NCBI GenBank assembly: GCA_026770705.1
Contig: JANJGN010000009.1
Span: 122,636,001-122,700,000 of the forward strand
From: Isurus oxyrinchus
Taxonomy: Eukaryota
Direction: 5' to 3'
DNA: 64,000 bases
Shown here: in pieces, positions 63,231 through 64,000 of the stretch
How positions within the stretch are numbered: position 1 is the stretch's first letter
Layout: every line of letters begins with the position of its first letter
Notes under the pieces: model-generated
What the model saw: the letters and a program-made list of their open reading frames with translations, nothing else
The model's database searches: none
What the model was told of the DNA's origin: nothing
Made by a program: the position numbers and the translations under genes

Positions 63231-64000
63231 GTAGGATCAGAATCCCCTCCAACTGGGAAATTTATGGAACATAACTTCAAACCCACGGACATGTTTTGAC
63301 CTCATGATTAGAACCATAAATTTCAAAAAGATAAGCTGCAGCCAGCAGTACAGGGCTGGGCAGCAAGGGGTTATTTCGGACATTTGTAAAAATACAGTGA
63401 CTCATCAAAAGGGTTTGGGCATTGACTAAGGCAATCAAGGAGTCTAATTACCCAATACAATGGCACAAAGGACATATCATCAATAAAATACACTCAGGGA
63501 ATTATTCAGCCACCACTGGAATAGGGTCATTCAAATCCTCATTGACTCTGGAGCCAAGTGCTGTTACTGTGCTGTTACTGTGCCACTTCAAACAGCAGGA
63601 GAATTGTTCATACAATGAGAACTGATAATATTTGTCTGGAACTGATAATATTTCTATGGAAAACCTTATATTGTTTCAACCAGCAGAAGCTGATGACATT
63701 TGTCTGGATTTTGTGTGGAATCAACTAAATGCACATTGGAACAACTGGAAATACGTTTTGATATGTCTGAGTTAAAATTATTAAAAAAGAAGAGCAGATC
63801 TGAGGTTTTGGGCTGCATTCGGAAGAAGGGTCAAGTTTGGTCGCCTTGACCCAGGTCTACAGTCAACATTGGACAGACCAGTCTTGTTGGGGATTGTAAA
63901 TTTCAGCCAATTCGAAGCGATACTGGTCTAAGGGTTTTGTGAATGTTTGGGTCGAAAACTTGGTGTTTTTAGCCGGTACCTTGTAACTTGTTTCAGCTTT

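Noticed and set aside
1-64000. CRISPR arrays, operons, rRNA genes
   Set aside because: The sequence is eukaryotic, and I saw no regularly spaced repeat-spacer arrays or rRNA-like segments.

Overview
This is a repeat-rich eukaryotic genomic window; the repeat content (CR1 LINEs with an esterase ORF1, Deu-domain SINEs, Penelope-like ends, Harbinger elements) suggests a cartilaginous fish such as a shark (inference). Only one host gene is recognisable: APOBEC2 on the minus strand, which I reconstructed by hand. Coding exon 1 is 41783-41916 (missed by the ORF track), intron 1 is a 16,973-nt phase-2 intron, and coding exon 2 is 24275-24809. The product is 222 aa with intact HAE and PCxxC zinc motifs. 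Most of the remainder is transposable element DNA, often nested: a near-full-length CR1, many CR1/L2/Tx1 fragments, two dead two-gene PIF/Harbinger transposons with related MITEs, solo LTRs with 4-bp TSDs, SINEs, and a palindromic Penelope-like insertion. I cannot support a wholly new biological system. The best leads are a recurrent non-canonical hammerhead ribozyme core in the Penelope-like elements, an LTR nested inside an LTR just upstream of APOBEC2 exon 2, possible 3'UTR splicing near the NMD threshold, and a 55-bp inverted templated insertion. Element boundaries without a stated TSD are approximate.
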